The notes under the pieces are model-generated. The model was not told where the DNA came from and did no database searches. It saw only the letters and a program-made list of their open reading frames with translations. From positions 141,362,001-141,426,000 of the forward strand of contig CM059431.1 in the NCBI GenBank assembly GCA_030390025.1: a stretch of DNA of 64,000 nucleotides, read 5' to 3'. The translations under genes were made by a program, and so were the position numbers. How positions within the stretch are numbered: position 1 is the stretch's first letter; each line of letters begins with the position of its first letter. Positions 12,100-24,571 of this stretch are shown here, one piece after another. This DNA is from Squalus acanthias. Lineage: Eukaryota.

Positions 12100-13682
12100 A
12101 CTGGGAAATGGGCGATGGTGGTCGGGGGGTGTGGAGAATGGGAGATAGTGCTCAGGGGGAGTGGAGAATGGGAGATAGTGCTCGGGGGGTGTGGAGAATG
12201 GGGGATATTGCTCGGGTGTAGTGGAGAATGGGAGATAGTGCTGGGGGGAATGGAGAATGTGGGATAGTGTTCGGGAAGTGTGGAGAATGGGAGATAGTGC
12301 TCGGGTGTAGTGGAGAATGGGAGATAGTGCTCGGGGGGTGTGGAGAATGGGGGATAGTGCTCGGGGGTAGTGGAGAATGGGAGATAGTGCTCGGGGGGTG
12401 TGGAGAATGGGAGATATTGCTCGGGGGTAGTGGAGAATGGGAGATAGTGCTGGGGGGAATGGAGAATGTGGGATAGTGTTCGGGAAGTGTGGAGAATGGG
12501 AGATAGTGCTCGGGGGGAGTGGAGAATGGGAGATAGTGCTCGGGGGGAGTGGAGAATGGGAGATAGTGCTCGTATTCATGGAGAATGGGGGATAGTGCTC
12601 AGGGGGGTGGAGAATGGGAGATAGTGCTCGGGGGGAGGGGAGAATGATAGATAGTGCGCGGGGGGGAGTGGAGAATGGGAGATAGTGCTCGGGGGGAGGG
12701 GAGAATGGGAGATAGTGCTCGGGGGGAGGGGAGAATGCGATATACTGCTCGGGGGGAGTGGAGAATAGTAGATAGTGCGCGGGGGGGAGTGGAGAATGGG
12801 AGATAGTGCTCGGGGGGAGTGGAGAATGGGGGATAGTGCTCGGGGGGAGTGGAAAATGGGCGATCGTGCTCGGGGGGAGTGGAGATTGGGAGATAGTGCT
12901 CGGGGGGAGTGGAGAATGGAAGATAGTGCTTGGGGGGAGTGGAGAATGGGAGATAGTGCTTGGGGGGAGTGGAGAATGGAAGATAGTGCTTGGGGGGGGG
13001 AAATGGGAGATTATGCTCGGGGGGTGGGAGAATGGGGGATAGTGCTCGGGGGGAGTGGAAAATGGGCGATAGTGCGGGGGGGGGTGAATGGGAGATAGTG
13101 CTCGGGGGGAGTGGAGAATGGGGGATAGTGCTCGAGGGGAGAGGAGAATGGGAGATAGTGCGGGGGGGGGTAAGAATGAGGGATAGTGCTCGGGGTGTGT
13201 GGAGAATGGGGAATATTGCTCGGGGGGAGTGGAGAATGGGGGATAGTGCTCGGGAGAAGTGGAAAATGGGGGATAGTGATTTGGGGGAGTGGAGAATGGG
13301 AGATAGTGCTCGGGGGGAGTGGAGAATTGGGATAGTGCTCGGGTTAATTGAAAATTGGGGATAGTGCTCGGGTTAATAGAGAATTGGGGATAGTGCTCTG
13401 GGGAAATGGAGAATGGGGGATAGTGCTCGGGGGAAATGGAGAATGGGGGAAAGTGCTCGCGGGGAGTGGAGAATGGGGGATAGTGTTCGGGGGGAGTGTA
13501 GAATGGGAGATAGTGCTCGGGGGGAGTGGAGAATGGGAGATAGTGCTCGGGGGGAGTGGAGAATGGGAGATAGTGCTCGGGGCGAGTGGAGAATGTGGGA
13601 TAATGCTCGGGTTAATGTAGAATGAGTGATATTGCTCCGGTTAAAGGAGAATGGGTGAGTGTGCTCGGGTTAATGGAGAATG
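12100..13682. repeat. 30-bp G-rich minisatellite GGAGAATGGGAGATAGTGCTCGGGGGGAGT
   Basis: About 1.6 kb tandem array; 10-aa periodic spurious ORFs on both strands. Confidence 0.95.
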
Positions 13683-14069
13683 TGTTGCCAAGGAGCCATA
13701 GCCCACTTTGCGCTGCCTCCCATGTTGACATTTTAACCCACGATGCCTTGCAATGGATTACACCGCCATTGTGTCATTTCAGAATTATTCAGTTAGACTG
13801 GAATTTATTTCATGATTGAAAAGGTACCTTTCCTTACATAGCTTGAATTTCAGCCCGTGTCTGGCTGGGATTTTAACCCGCCCAGCTGGACGTTAATAGA
13901 ATATATTCGGCCAGAGGTTTTACTCCTCGCCGGGTTTTACACACCGTTGACTTCAAATGAGAGTAATATTGACGAATTGTTCAAAGCAGCGATGGGCACA
14001 TTCCCATCAGTTTACTGTCAAGCAATGAAATTACTCCCAAGTTTAAGTTAACATGGATGTACTGTGTCA

Positions 14070-14440
14070 TAGAATCATAGAGTGATACAGCACAGAGGAA
14101 GGCCACTCGGCCCATCGTGCCTGTGCCGGTTCTTTGAAAGAACTGTCCAATCATCCGACTTCCTTCCTCTTTCACCACAGCCTGCAAATTATTGCCCTTA
14201 AGGCATTCATCCCATCCCCTTTTGAAAGTTGCTATTGAATCTGCATCCACTATCCTTTCAGGCAGTGAAGTCTGGATCATAACAACTCGCTCTGTAAAAA
14301 AAAATCTCCTCATCTCTGTCCTTTGGTTTTCGAGCCTTATGCCAGTGGAAACAATTTCTCCTTATTTACTCTATCAAAATCTTTCATGATTTTGAACAAC
14401 TCTATTAAATCTCCGCATGCTTCTCTGCTTCTAATGAGAA
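14070..14440 (-). mobile_element. CR1 LINE 3' fragment
   Basis: ORF 13981..14313 (RRFFFTERVV..SLPERIVDADSIATFKRGWD) and the CATAGAATCATAG tail. Confidence 0.8.
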
Positions 14441-14537
14441 ACTTCTGAGAACGTTTCTTGTGACATGGAACTGATCTTTATGTAAAGAGCGACTTTTTCC
14501 TTCCCTTATTTCTGACACTGTTTCTCTTGTCTTTCAG

Positions 14538-14624
14538 ACTGAATCACAATAATATTGGAGACGCAGGAGTCAAACTGCTGTGTGCAGCACTGAAGCACCC
14601 GGACTGTAAAACGCAGAGACTGGA
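14538..14624 (+). CDS. NLR LRR exon (87 nt)
   Basis: TCTTTCAG acceptor, GA|GTAAGT donor, phase 2-2. Reads [29 protein letters not shown], a ribonuclease-inhibitor-type LRR. Confidence 0.93.
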
Positions 14625-14787
14625 GTAAGTGACTCTCCCGATTTTAAACTAACACGCCGCCCGGTGGGTGCGAGTCGAACACTTGTTTCACACCCCTCCC
14701 AATATTACCATTGACCAATTAATGCCTGGCGGGTTAGGTTATAATAATTGGCTGTTCTTTTCATATGATGCAGTGCTGTGCATCATT

Positions 14788-15395
14788 ATGGAAATTATGT
14801 TAGAGCTGTACAGAGCTCTGCTTAGACCCATTCTGGCGAACTGCTTTCTGTTCTGGGCACCACACCACAGAAAGGATATATTAGCCCTGGAACGGGTGCA
14901 GCCCAGATTCATCAGAATGAAACCGGGTCTAAATGGTTATATTATGCGGACAGGTGACTCATACTAGGCTACTGTTCCCTTGAGTATAGAAGATTAATGG
15001 GTGATCTAAATCAGGTGTTTTAGTTGATTTTAGGATTTGATAGCGTCGATCTGAGAAACTATTTCTTTTGTTGGGCGGAGTCCAGAACCAGGGCGGATAA
15101 TTATAATTTAAAACTAGGCCGTTCAAGGGTCATTTCAGGAAATACTTCTCGATACAAAGTTTGGTGGAAATCTCGAACTCTCGCCCCCAATATGCTGTTG
15201 AGGCTGGCGGGGGATGGGGGGGGTCAATTGAAAATTTCAAAACGGAGATTGATAGATTTTTGATAGGTAATGGTATTAAGGCTTTAGGGACCTAAGGCGG
15301 TTAGATGGAGTTAAGATACAGATCAGCCATGAGCTAATTGAATGGAAGAACAAGCTTGAGGGGCTGAATGGCCTTCTCCCTTTCCTGTGTCCCCA
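14788..15395 (+). mobile_element. CR1 LINE 3' fragment
   Basis: EIMLELYRALLRP..FWAPHHRKDILALERVQ, followed by a CR1 3' UTR (GATCAGCCATGA..GGGCTGAATGGCCT). Confidence 0.85.
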
Positions 15396-15477
15396 TTTTA
15401 CTTCCTATATTCCTAATGTAATATCTTATTGCCTTTTCGAGCTGAAGTAAATCCGGATTTTAATTATTAATCTTTAG

Positions 15478-15645
15478 ATTGCAGGATAACAATCTGACAG
15501 CTGCTTGCATTGAAGATCTCAGGACAGCATTCAGTATGAACCAGTCCGTGACGATGCTGTACCTGGACGGAAATCAGTTCACGGACCAATGTGTTCCCGA
15601 TCTGAGAAACCTCATACTGAGCTGTAAAACCGTAGAGCTGATCCA
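15478..15645 (+). CDS. NLR LRR exon (168 nt, two LRRs)
   Basis: TCTTTAG acceptor, CA|GTGAGT donor, phase 2-2. Reads LQDNNLTAACIEDLRTAFSMNQSVTMLYLDGNQFTDQCVPDLRNLILSCKTVELIQ. Confidence 0.93.
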
Positions 15646-16309
15646 GTGAGTGCTTGTGTTCATCTTGAATTATTAAATCTGTGGATAATGCTTTCTGTTA
15701 TAAAATAATATGTGTGAGATATTCTTCTGGGGCAGTGTCACGAATTGGATGATATGTCACACGTGCTGCCCGTTTTAATCTTCTCGCGATATTCCGTTCC
15801 ACTGGCATCAGAGGTAAATTTCAATCTAACTGGCCGGGCGGGAACACCCGTTTTGCACCCACCCCCCCCCGCGATATTGCTCTCCGCTTCCTTCAGTCGA
15901 GAGTAAACTCAGGCGGATGTAAACATCTGTGTCCCAGCCAATCTTGTCAGATTCCCGACAGCTGCGTTAGGGTACGATTGCTCCCGGTACTGAAGCTACA
16001 GCGCCACGTATAACAGGAGGCCTGTGTCTGTTGCACGCAGCCCTAATAATTTCTACCCCATAGATTTTTACAACATAGAGGGGGTCATTCGGCCCATCAG
16101 GCCTGTTCTGGCTCTTTGAAAGAGCGATCAAATTAGTCCCACACCGCCTGCTCTTACACTACAGCACTGCAAAATCTTTCATTTGCAAATATTTATCCAA
16201 TTTCCCTTTCGAAAGTATAAAACTATATTTTGCTTATATGATTGAAATGTTAAAAATGCTTTTGTCATTTTGGCCTAATCTGTTAGTTGTCTGTTTCCCT
16301 CTGTTTCAG

Positions 16310-16397
16310 AGTCTGGAGGAATCAGTTCAGTTCAGATGGACAGAAACAGCTCAGGTCGCTGAGAGAATCCAGGGCTGGACTGCGAGTCTTTGTGTGA
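16310..16397 (+). CDS. NLR terminal exon
   Basis: CTGTTTCAG acceptor, phase 2. Reads VWRNQFSSDGQKQLRSLRESRAGLRVFV*. Confidence 0.88.
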
Positions 16398-16534
16398 TCA
16401 CGGGGCCGAGGAAGCGATTGTTAATTGGTCGGTTAGCAAAGCCTGAAATGTGTTTTACTGAGATTCATGAGCAACAAAATGAGATACACGGGAGATTAAA
16501 ATTAATCTAAAACAGCACGTGCTTGAACTCCAAA

Positions 16535-16540
16535 AATAAA
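16535..16540 (+). terminator. Candidate polyadenylation signal of the NLR gene
   Basis: First AATAAA downstream of the stop codon. Confidence 0.5.
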
Positions 16541-16974
16541 ACTGGAAATACAGAAAGTAGAAATGGGACTATCTTTATTTTTAAAGATAAAAATAGCTTT
16601 ATTAATTATCAACGTCCGTCGGGAAACTGAGGGAATCGGGAGCAACGCTGGTTTTACACCCCTCCCGATTTTACTCTCCTTCGAAGTGCTCGGAAGCAAA
16701 ATCTGGCCGGCTGTGAAACACGCGTTGCTCCCGATCCCGTGTTCTCCCGCCCTGCGATTTACGTTAACATAAGAGACACATGAGCGCAAGTTTAGGACGT
16801 AGATGCTTCGTCAGAATTCTATTTCAAACATGAAAAATCTCTTTTATCAGATTGATTTCATGGGTTTAACTCCTTGACTGATTTTAAAGCCGTTTCACCT
16901 GCTAATAACCAGGCTGAGCTAAATAACAGGCCTGCTCCTGCCAGCTCTGTATGTGTAAGTGTTTCACCTCCGCC

Positions 16975-17180
16975 AAGAAAGAGAAGTTTGCAGAGAGACA
17001 TGAGAGATATGGAAAGAGAGGGGATCGCTCAGAGAGAGAGAGACTGGGATGAAAAGAAAGAGATGCAGAAATAGAGCAGATGCAGAAAGAGAGAGATATA
17101 GAAAGAGAAAGAGATAGATATAGAGAGAAATACAGAAAGAGACATTGAGAAAAGAGACCTCGCGGCATGGAGAGAGACGC
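16975..17180. repeat. GA-rich low-complexity tract
   Basis: Degenerate (GA)n. Confidence 0.7.
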
Positions 17181-18219
17181 AGCGATTGGAGATGTAGAAT
17201 ATGAAGCCAAACAGAAATGTCACCGTGTAATCCTCGCCCAAAGTACAGAGCGTCCTATCTTATTGACTGTTACCGCTCATAACCGCAGACCTTTTATAAT
17301 CCAAACTTGGTGCCACTAATGGATAATGTGGAGAGGTACAGAGAGGCAAAGATGAGAAACAGGCCAGGGTCGGAGAAACTGCAAAGTGAATAATAAGAGA
17401 CAATAACCAGCGACAGTCCTATTCTGCTTTTATTCCTCGGCATGTTCCGTTCCTTCCAATGGAAGGTCAGAACAAAATACGAGAGAAGTGGTTTGCTGAC
17501 GCTGTCTTTTTTCCGGGGTTTCTGGCACAATTACGGTGGGACATTCGCCAAACATCTAGGAAATTCCAAGTGAGAGCAACTGAGCGACTGAGCGGGAGTA
17601 ATTGTGCAGCGTTGCTCACATTTTTTGCCGAGAAATGAGCGTTGGGTGCTGACTTCCGGGCGGCAATGTATCCGCGCCAGATCACCTCTGGAAGTGTCTT
17701 CCAAGTGTTCACAACATCCCGTCGCGACGCTGCCAAATTCGTAATCAATTGGGTGGAGTATGCGCAGTACATTATCCCCTCAGTTATATCCGGTATACAA
17801 TGGTTGACGACTGATCCCTAAAGTAACCTCGGGAGGCCGCTCAGCGAAGGTAAGTAAAATAGTGTTTGACTTCCCTTAATGTGGGGTCAGGTGGAGCAGG
17901 ACTGGGACCTTGATTCGCACTTACTGTTAACTCCTTTCCTTCCCCTTGGGTTTACTCGCTGGCCCTGTCTGACGAAATTTACGATGGCCCTAGCGACGAG
18001 CTGCATCAGTCGATTGGCGTTTGGACCTCGCAGATTTTAGGCAGAGAAAGCACGAAGCCCAATTTTCAGTAAGCTTTGGGCCCACGGCTTTGAGCTCATG
18101 CTCCACTTGTGCAACACATTTGGCGATGGTTTCCGGCACTAGATCATTTTATCCCGCAGAGTAGACAATGGGAAGGAAACTCGGGCGGTACTAATGAAAG
18201 GCAGCTGATCCGCATCATC

Positions 18220-18785
18220 AATAACAACAACTTGCATTTATATAGCGCCTTTAATGTAACGATTATCAAACACAATTAGAGCACCGTGAAACATCAGGAG
18301 TTATTAAGACAGGTGAACAAAAGCTTGGGCAAAGATGTAGGTTTTAAGCAGCATCTTAAGGCTGGAGACAGACGTAGAGAATTGCACAGATTTAGGGAGA
18401 ATTTACCGTTGTTTAGGGTCGAGGAATCTGAAGGCACGGCCGCCAACGTTGGATCGATAAAACCAGGGCTGCGCAAGAGGCCAGAATTGGAGGAACCCCG
18501 ATATTTCTGAGGTTTGTAAGGCTGTAGAAGGTTACAGAGATAGGGAGGGGCGAGGCCTTGGAGGGATTTGAAAAAATGATGAGAATTTTCAAAATGCGGC
18601 ATTGCCGGACCAGGAGTCAGTGTAGGTCAGAGCGCCCAGGGGGTGATGTGTGAACGGAACGTGGTGCGAGTTATGATGATCCGTCAGAATGATGGATGAG
18701 CAGAAGTTTGCCGAGGGTGCAGGGGGGAAGGCCGGCCAGGAGAGCATTGGAATAGTCCAGACTTGAGGCAATAAAAGCAGGATGA
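18220..18785 (-). mobile_element. L2-like LINE 3' fragment
   Basis: FKSLQGLAPPYLCNLLQPY..SSNSGLL in ORF 18294..18602. Tail on the minus strand reads AAAGGCGCTATATAAATGCAAGTTGTTGTT. Confidence 0.75.
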
Positions 18786-20271
18786 GTGATTGAACACCTG
18801 TTTTAGGCCCCTACCTTTAGCTGAAAAACTATTACACAAAAACAGAAATAGGTCTGTGCGACTGAACGATAAGCTGTGAGTCTAGAAATTACTGCTTGCG
18901 ATATTAGCAGACTAAATCTAAGTTGTAATATCTACAATATAATCCCTCCGTAACATTTTAATGGTGGTTTGGAGCTTCATATCATGAATGGCTGGCGAAG
19001 TTACTTGAAATGAGTGAAGTAACCATTCCGATACTAATACTTTACAGCAAAACATCGGAGAGAAAGACCGGGCTAATCTTAACATTTTTTCAATGGGAGG
19101 GTGAAATCAGGCGGAGTTTAACATGAGCGGGAGACCAGAACCCGCCCGTTTACGGCCCGACCAGTTTGGTTAAATTACCCACCCTGGTGTTTTAACAAAT
19201 ACTTTCATAAAGAATGCCGGTGCCATGTTACTCCTTGGGAATAACTTTGTTGACTCGCTGGAAGATTCCTACCAAATTACCCAGCACCGTTCCATTTCCA
19301 CAACCTGCCTGAAGAGCCCAATCATTTCCTTGTAGATTCATGTGTCTCTGTGAGCTGAAGGTCACTGCATGTGATCTTAGAGGAAGAATGCAACCTGTAA
19401 CATTCCCCTTCTTTAGCGGAGGTGTTGACCAATTTAAAATGGAAATACATTTTCCAATCAGGTGTCTGCTGAGTGCAAGGCCTCTCCCCAGGCTTTCAGA
19501 CTAGAACCGAAAATCCGCTACATTTCCTCATAGTCCGGTACAAATAAGTAATATTGGATACAGGGATATGGGCACAACACGTGCACCAGCTAACATCTGC
19601 ATTTCCTATTCCACAGATCCGTCCGTTTAGGCAAACAGAGTAGGAATGCCCAGGTTCTAGACTGGCTTAGAATTCGTTGGGAGGGGGAACAGGAAAATGA
19701 TTACCGCTCTTGGAGACAATTTTAAATTAACCTGGAAATCGGGAAACTGATGGAATCGGATGAACGTGTGTGTTGCACACCACATTATTTCACTCTCATT
19801 GAATTCAACGGAGAGTAATATAGAGGGATGGGAAGGATGTAAAACTGTCAGTTTCCCGCCCGGCCTGTTAAGTTAAAATTACAACAGTGCGAGGGGTGTG
19901 TGTGGGGGAAAGCCCAGCTTGTATGAGTGAGCAATCGCCGGACACGCTGAGAAATGTCGAGTTGACACCCACCCGATTGCCCGACTGATCGACGCCACCA
20001 ACAAGTAATGAAGCTCATCAGAGGTGAAAGGTGAGGTGGGGGCGGGGGCAATTGGCGGGAGGTGTAGGAAGAAAATAAGATCGTCTTAATTCAAGATTAA
20101 TACAACGCCGCTGGTAGTTTATTTCAATCGTTTAAACAGCACGTGCATTACTTCATCAAAGATCAACAAAGTTGTTCACTGGAGAAAGTACAATGATTCA
20201 GATCTGGTAACTGTTGTATTCCAGGGTGATTTTTCCCAATATGAACCGTTTTGACTTGTCTTAAATTTCTC

Positions 20272-20277
20272 TTTATT
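20272..20277 (-). terminator. Candidate polyA signal of the minus-strand MS4A copy
   Basis: AATAAA in context AAACAGAATAAAGAGAAAT, identical to the context at 55658-55678 in the plus copy. Confidence 0.6.
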
Positions 20278-20399
20278 CTGTTTATTTATAAGTTGATTTT
20301 TCAGGTAATGCTTTTAGCTTCACACGTGTTGTTCGATGGAAGAATAACGTCATTCATGAACTGGATTTAGACGCCACTGCACCAAATGGTCTTCTTGCT

Positions 20400-21210
20400 G
20401 AATCATAGAATCACAGAATGATAGGGCACAGAAAGAGGCCATTCGGGCCATCGTGCCTGTGCTGATTCTCTGAAAGAGCGATCCAATTACTCCCACTCCC
20501 CTGTTCTTTCCCTATAGCCCGGCATATTTTTCCATTTTAAATTTCTTTCCACTTAACTTTTGAAAGTAACAATTGAATCTGCTTCCACCGCTATTTCAGG
20601 CAGTGTGTTCCAGATCACAACAACTCGCTGCGTTAATACATTTCTCCTCATCTCCCCTCTTGCACTTTTACCAATTACATTAAATCTGTATCCTCTGTTT
20701 ACCAACTCCTCTGTCAGTGGGAATAGCTTCTCCTAATTTATTCTATCAAAACGACTCATAATTTTGAACACCTCTAATGAATTATCCTTCCCTGGTCTAA
20801 GGAGAATAATCCCAGCTTCTATAGGCTCTCCACATAACTGAAACCCCTCATCCCTGCTAACATTCTAGTAAATCTCCTCTGCACCATCTCCAAGGTCTTG
20901 ATATCCTTCCTAAAGTGTGGTGTTCAGAATTGGAAACAATGCCCCAGTGGAGGCTTAATCAACGATTTACAAAGATGGAGCATAACTTCCGTGCTTTTGT
21001 ACGCAATGCCTCTATTTACAAAGCAAATGACCCCGTATGCTGTTAACAGCTATATCTGCTTGTCCTGCCACCATCAAGGTTGTGTCCCCCTGAACCCCCA
21101 GGTTCCTGCACCCAATTTAAAATTGTACTATTTCGTTTATAAAGATTCTCCTCATTCTTCCTTCAAAAATTCATCAATTCCCACTTCTCTATGTTAAATT
21201 TCAACTGTAA
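20400..21210 (-). mobile_element. CR1 LINE 3' fragment inside the MS4A 3'UTR
   Basis: Typical CR1 C-terminal sequence and 3' tail; absent from the paralogous 3'UTR. Confidence 0.8.
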
Positions 21211-21262
21211 TATATCCCATTGTACGATCTCCATTGAAAATCATTCTATAACGGTGGTGGTA

Positions 21263-21337
21263 TCAGACTGTTGTAGGTTGGACCTTGGGGATTGTTGTTT
21301 GAGACGTGTTGTCCTGATCAATAGGCTCATGGGAAGG
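21263..21337 (-). CDS. MS4A copy A exon 6 (terminal)
   Basis: TTTCTTTCTCAG|PSHEPIDQDNTSQTTIPKVQPTTV*; paralogous to 55412-55489. Confidence 0.8.
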   Translation of the reverse strand, partial: PSHEPIDQDNTSQTTIPKVQPTTV

Positions 21338-22194
21338 CTGAGAAAGAAAACAGAATTGTCGGAAAACAGTAAATAAATAAACAAACATATAAACATGCAA
21401 ACAAACAAACTGAGGTAAACGATGAAGATTTGTTCCACTAATGTTTGAAATTCCTCGATAAAATGACAATCGCGGTACACGTTATAATGGGCTGGAATTT
21501 GCTGTCAAAATAATTGTGAGGCTAAAAGCACTCACTGTTATTTCTTCTCAAATCGGACAGCTACTTTCAACCAGCACAGTTGCACATTCAACACAAAAAC
21601 CTGGAGTTACTGTCCGAAATCCACCGCTATTCTCTAAGCTGCTCGAAAATGGCATCTCGCTGGCTGGCTCCCCATTCAAATGTACTACGCTGCGTGAATT
21701 TTCTATACTTGCCCGGTAGAGAGGGAATAATCTCGCCACAGAAAGCGAGGGATTGTCCATATCAGTCGAAGTAGCATTTTTAAAAGCGTGATCATTTTTA
21801 ATTACTGACAAACAACCTCTCCAGCACTAATAATTAACTTTTACGAATGTGGAGTCTCATTCATTCAGAATTTACATGTTCACGGAGATTATTTTAAACA
21901 TTAAAAATTTAAATAAATAGCTTATCTTTCTTCTGTCTCTTTTTTCGCTCTCTGAATCCAACCTTTCTTTTGCTCTTTCTATTTAGCTTTCAATACCTGA
22001 TTTGACATTGAATACACTATGCTAACTTTCACTTCCACTTGCAGAATCTGCGCTGTTCCCTACTTCAATCCTTCAATATGATTGGTGAAGGGAATAAACA
22101 GTTGCTTGTTCTGTTCACACAGGTCCCAGATGCCCTGTAGAGGGCGCCGCAACATTTGTATCTCTTACTTACTGCAACTTCAAGTACAAAAGGA

Positions 22195-24279
22195 TATAGA
22201 AATTAAATGGACATCCACATCCTCAATGATGGCGCAGCCCAGTACACGAGTGCAAAAGACAAGGCTGAAGTTTTTGCAACCATCTTCAGCCAGAAGTGCC
22301 GAGTGGAAGAACCATATCAGTCTTCTCCTTAGTTCCCCACCATCAGAGAAGCCAGTCTTCTGCCAATTCAATTCATTCCATGTAAAATCAAGAAACGGTT
22401 GAGCGCACTGGATACAGCATGCGCCCCGACAACATCCTGGCTGTCGTGCTGAAGAGTTGTGCTAAAGGCCTAGCCTCGCCTCGAAACAAGCTATTCCATC
22501 CGACAATGTGTAAAACTTCCCAGGTATGTCCTGCCCATAAAAAAAGTAGGACAAATCCAATCCGACCAATTATAGCCCCATCATTTTGCTCACAATCATC
22601 AGCAAGGTGATGGAAGGTGTCTTCGATAGTGCTATCAAATGGCATTTGCTCGCCAATAACCTGCTCACCGAAGCTCAGTTTGCGTTCTGCCAGGACCACT
22701 CAGTTCCAGACATCATTACAGCCTTGTTCCATACATGGACAAAATAACTGAATTCCAGAGGTGAGCTGAAAGTGACTTCTCATGACATCAAGGCAGCATT
22801 TGATCGAGTTTGACATGAACGAGCACTAGTAAAATTTAATTCAAAGGAATTCAGGGTGGGGGTGGAAATCTCCATTGTTAGGGAAAACTAAAACCAGGGG
22901 TCACAGTCTAAAGATAAAGGGGAAGCCATTTAAGACTGAGATGAGGAGGAACTTCTTCACCCAGAGAGTGGTGAATCTGTGGAATTCTCTACCACAGAAG
23001 GTTGTTGAGGCCAGTTCGCTAAATATATTCAAAAAGGAGTTAGATATAATACTCACAACTAGGGGGATCAAGGGGTATGGCGAGAAAGCAGGAATGGGGT
23101 ACTGAGGTAGCATGTTCAGCCATGAACGCATTAAATGGCGGTGCAGGCTCGAAGGACCGAATGGTCTACTCCTGCACCTATTTTCTATGTTTCTATGTTT
23201 CTATGTTTGGAGTCATACCGCGCACAATGGAAGATGGTTGTGGTTGCTGCAGGTCAAACATCTCAGCCCCAGGACATTGATGCAGGAGTTCCTCAGGGCA
23301 GTATCCTAGGCCCAACCATCTCCAGCTGGTTCATCAATGAACTTCCCACCATCATAAGATCAGAAGTCGGGATGTTCGCTGGTGATTGCACGATGTGAAG
23401 TTCCATTCGCAACTCCTCGTATAAAGAAGCTGTCCATACAGGCATGCAGCAAGACCTGGACAGCATTCAGGCTTGGTCTGATAAGTAGCAAGTAACTTCC
23501 GTGCCACACAAGTGAAAGACAATGACTATCTCCAACAAGCGAGAATCTAACCACCGCACCTTGACATTTAACGGCATAATAATAGTCGAATCCCCCACCA
23601 TCAACATCCTGGGGTTCACCATTGACCAGAAACCTAACTAGACCAGTCACATATATACCGTGTCCACAAGAGCAGGTCAGAGGCTGGTTATTCTGCGGTC
23701 AGTGTCTCACCTCCTGACACCCCAAGGCCTTTTTAACCATCTAAAAGGCACAAGCCAGGAGAGTGATGGAATACCCCACACTTGCCTGAATGAGTACAGC
23801 TCCAACAACACTTAAGAAGCTCGACCCCATCCAGGACAAAGCAGCCCGTATGATTGACACCAAATCCACCACATTAAACATTCACTCCCTCCACCACCGG
23901 CGCACCGTGGCTGCAGTGTGTACCATCTACAAGATGCACTGCAGCAACTTGCCAACGCTTCTTTCACAGCACCTCCCAAATCAGCGACTTCTTCCATCTA
24001 GAATGACAAGGGTAGCAGGCGCATGCGAACACCATCACCCGCAAGATCCCCTCCAAGGTACATACCATTCTGACTTGGAAATATATCGCCGATCCTTTAT
24101 CGTTGCTGGGTCAAAATCCTGGGATTCCCTCCCTAACAGCACTGTGGGAGTACCTTCGCCACGCGTACTGCAGCAGTTCAAGAGGGCAGCTCACCACCAC
24201 CTTCTCAAGGGCAATTAGGAATGGGCAATACATGCTGGCCTTGCCAGCGACGCTCACATACCAGGAACGAATAAAAAAA
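22195..24279 (+). mobile_element. Second LINE family (CR1-clade-like RT), 5'-truncated with an intact 3' tail
   Basis: PDNILAVVLKSCA, DIKAAFDRV, AGVPQGSILGP, FAGD; tail CACCACCTTCTCAAGGGCAATTAGG..AATAAAAAAAG. Confidence 0.85.
22876..23207 (+). mobile_element. Young CR1 3' fragment nested in the LINE
   Basis: KTRGHSLKIKGKPFKTEMRRNFFTQRVVNLWNSLPQKVVEA followed by a (TTCTATGT)n tail. Confidence 0.9.
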
Positions 24280-24445
24280 GACGAACGAATGGTGGGCGCA
24301 GTTAGTCCGCTGGCTACAGTAAATCCTAGCGCAATATTTCAAATTGCAATACCTTTGAGTGGTATAAACCATCTCCGATTTTTAAGAGTCAATATTCAGC
24401 AAAGGCGGACATATTGATTTGTAATTTGGTCTTGTATCTACAAAC

Positions 24446-24571
24446 CTTATTGACATGTATTTTGGAATGGTTCCACAACTCCTTGCCCTCGAAAATGGAA
24501 ACGATCATTGATAACAACAGATCCAATACTGCCAGCGGGTAGACAACGAGTACGACACTGAAAGGGTATAT
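24446..24571 (-). CDS. MS4A copy A exon 5 (TM4)
   Basis: CCGCAG|IYPFSVVLVVYPLAVLDLLLSMIVSIFEGKELWNHSKIHVNK|GTTTGT; 126 nt, same length as the paralog. Confidence 0.82.

Larger units (their letters stand above)
21489..24332. mobile_element. Harbinger-like non-autonomous element split by a nested LINE
   Basis: AAT|GGGCTGGAATTTGCTGT ... ACAGTAAATCCTAGCGC|AAT. 21489-22190 is the inverse of 1629-2424. Confidence 0.65.

Noticed and set aside
12001..13625. Long repetitive ORFs (GEWEIVLGG, PPSTISHSP etc.)
   Set aside because: These are translations of the 30-bp minisatellite inside an NLR intron.
5620..13682. Tandem arrays as CRISPR-like repeat/spacer loci
   Set aside because: The units abut each other with no unique spacers, there are no cas genes, and the context is eukaryotic.
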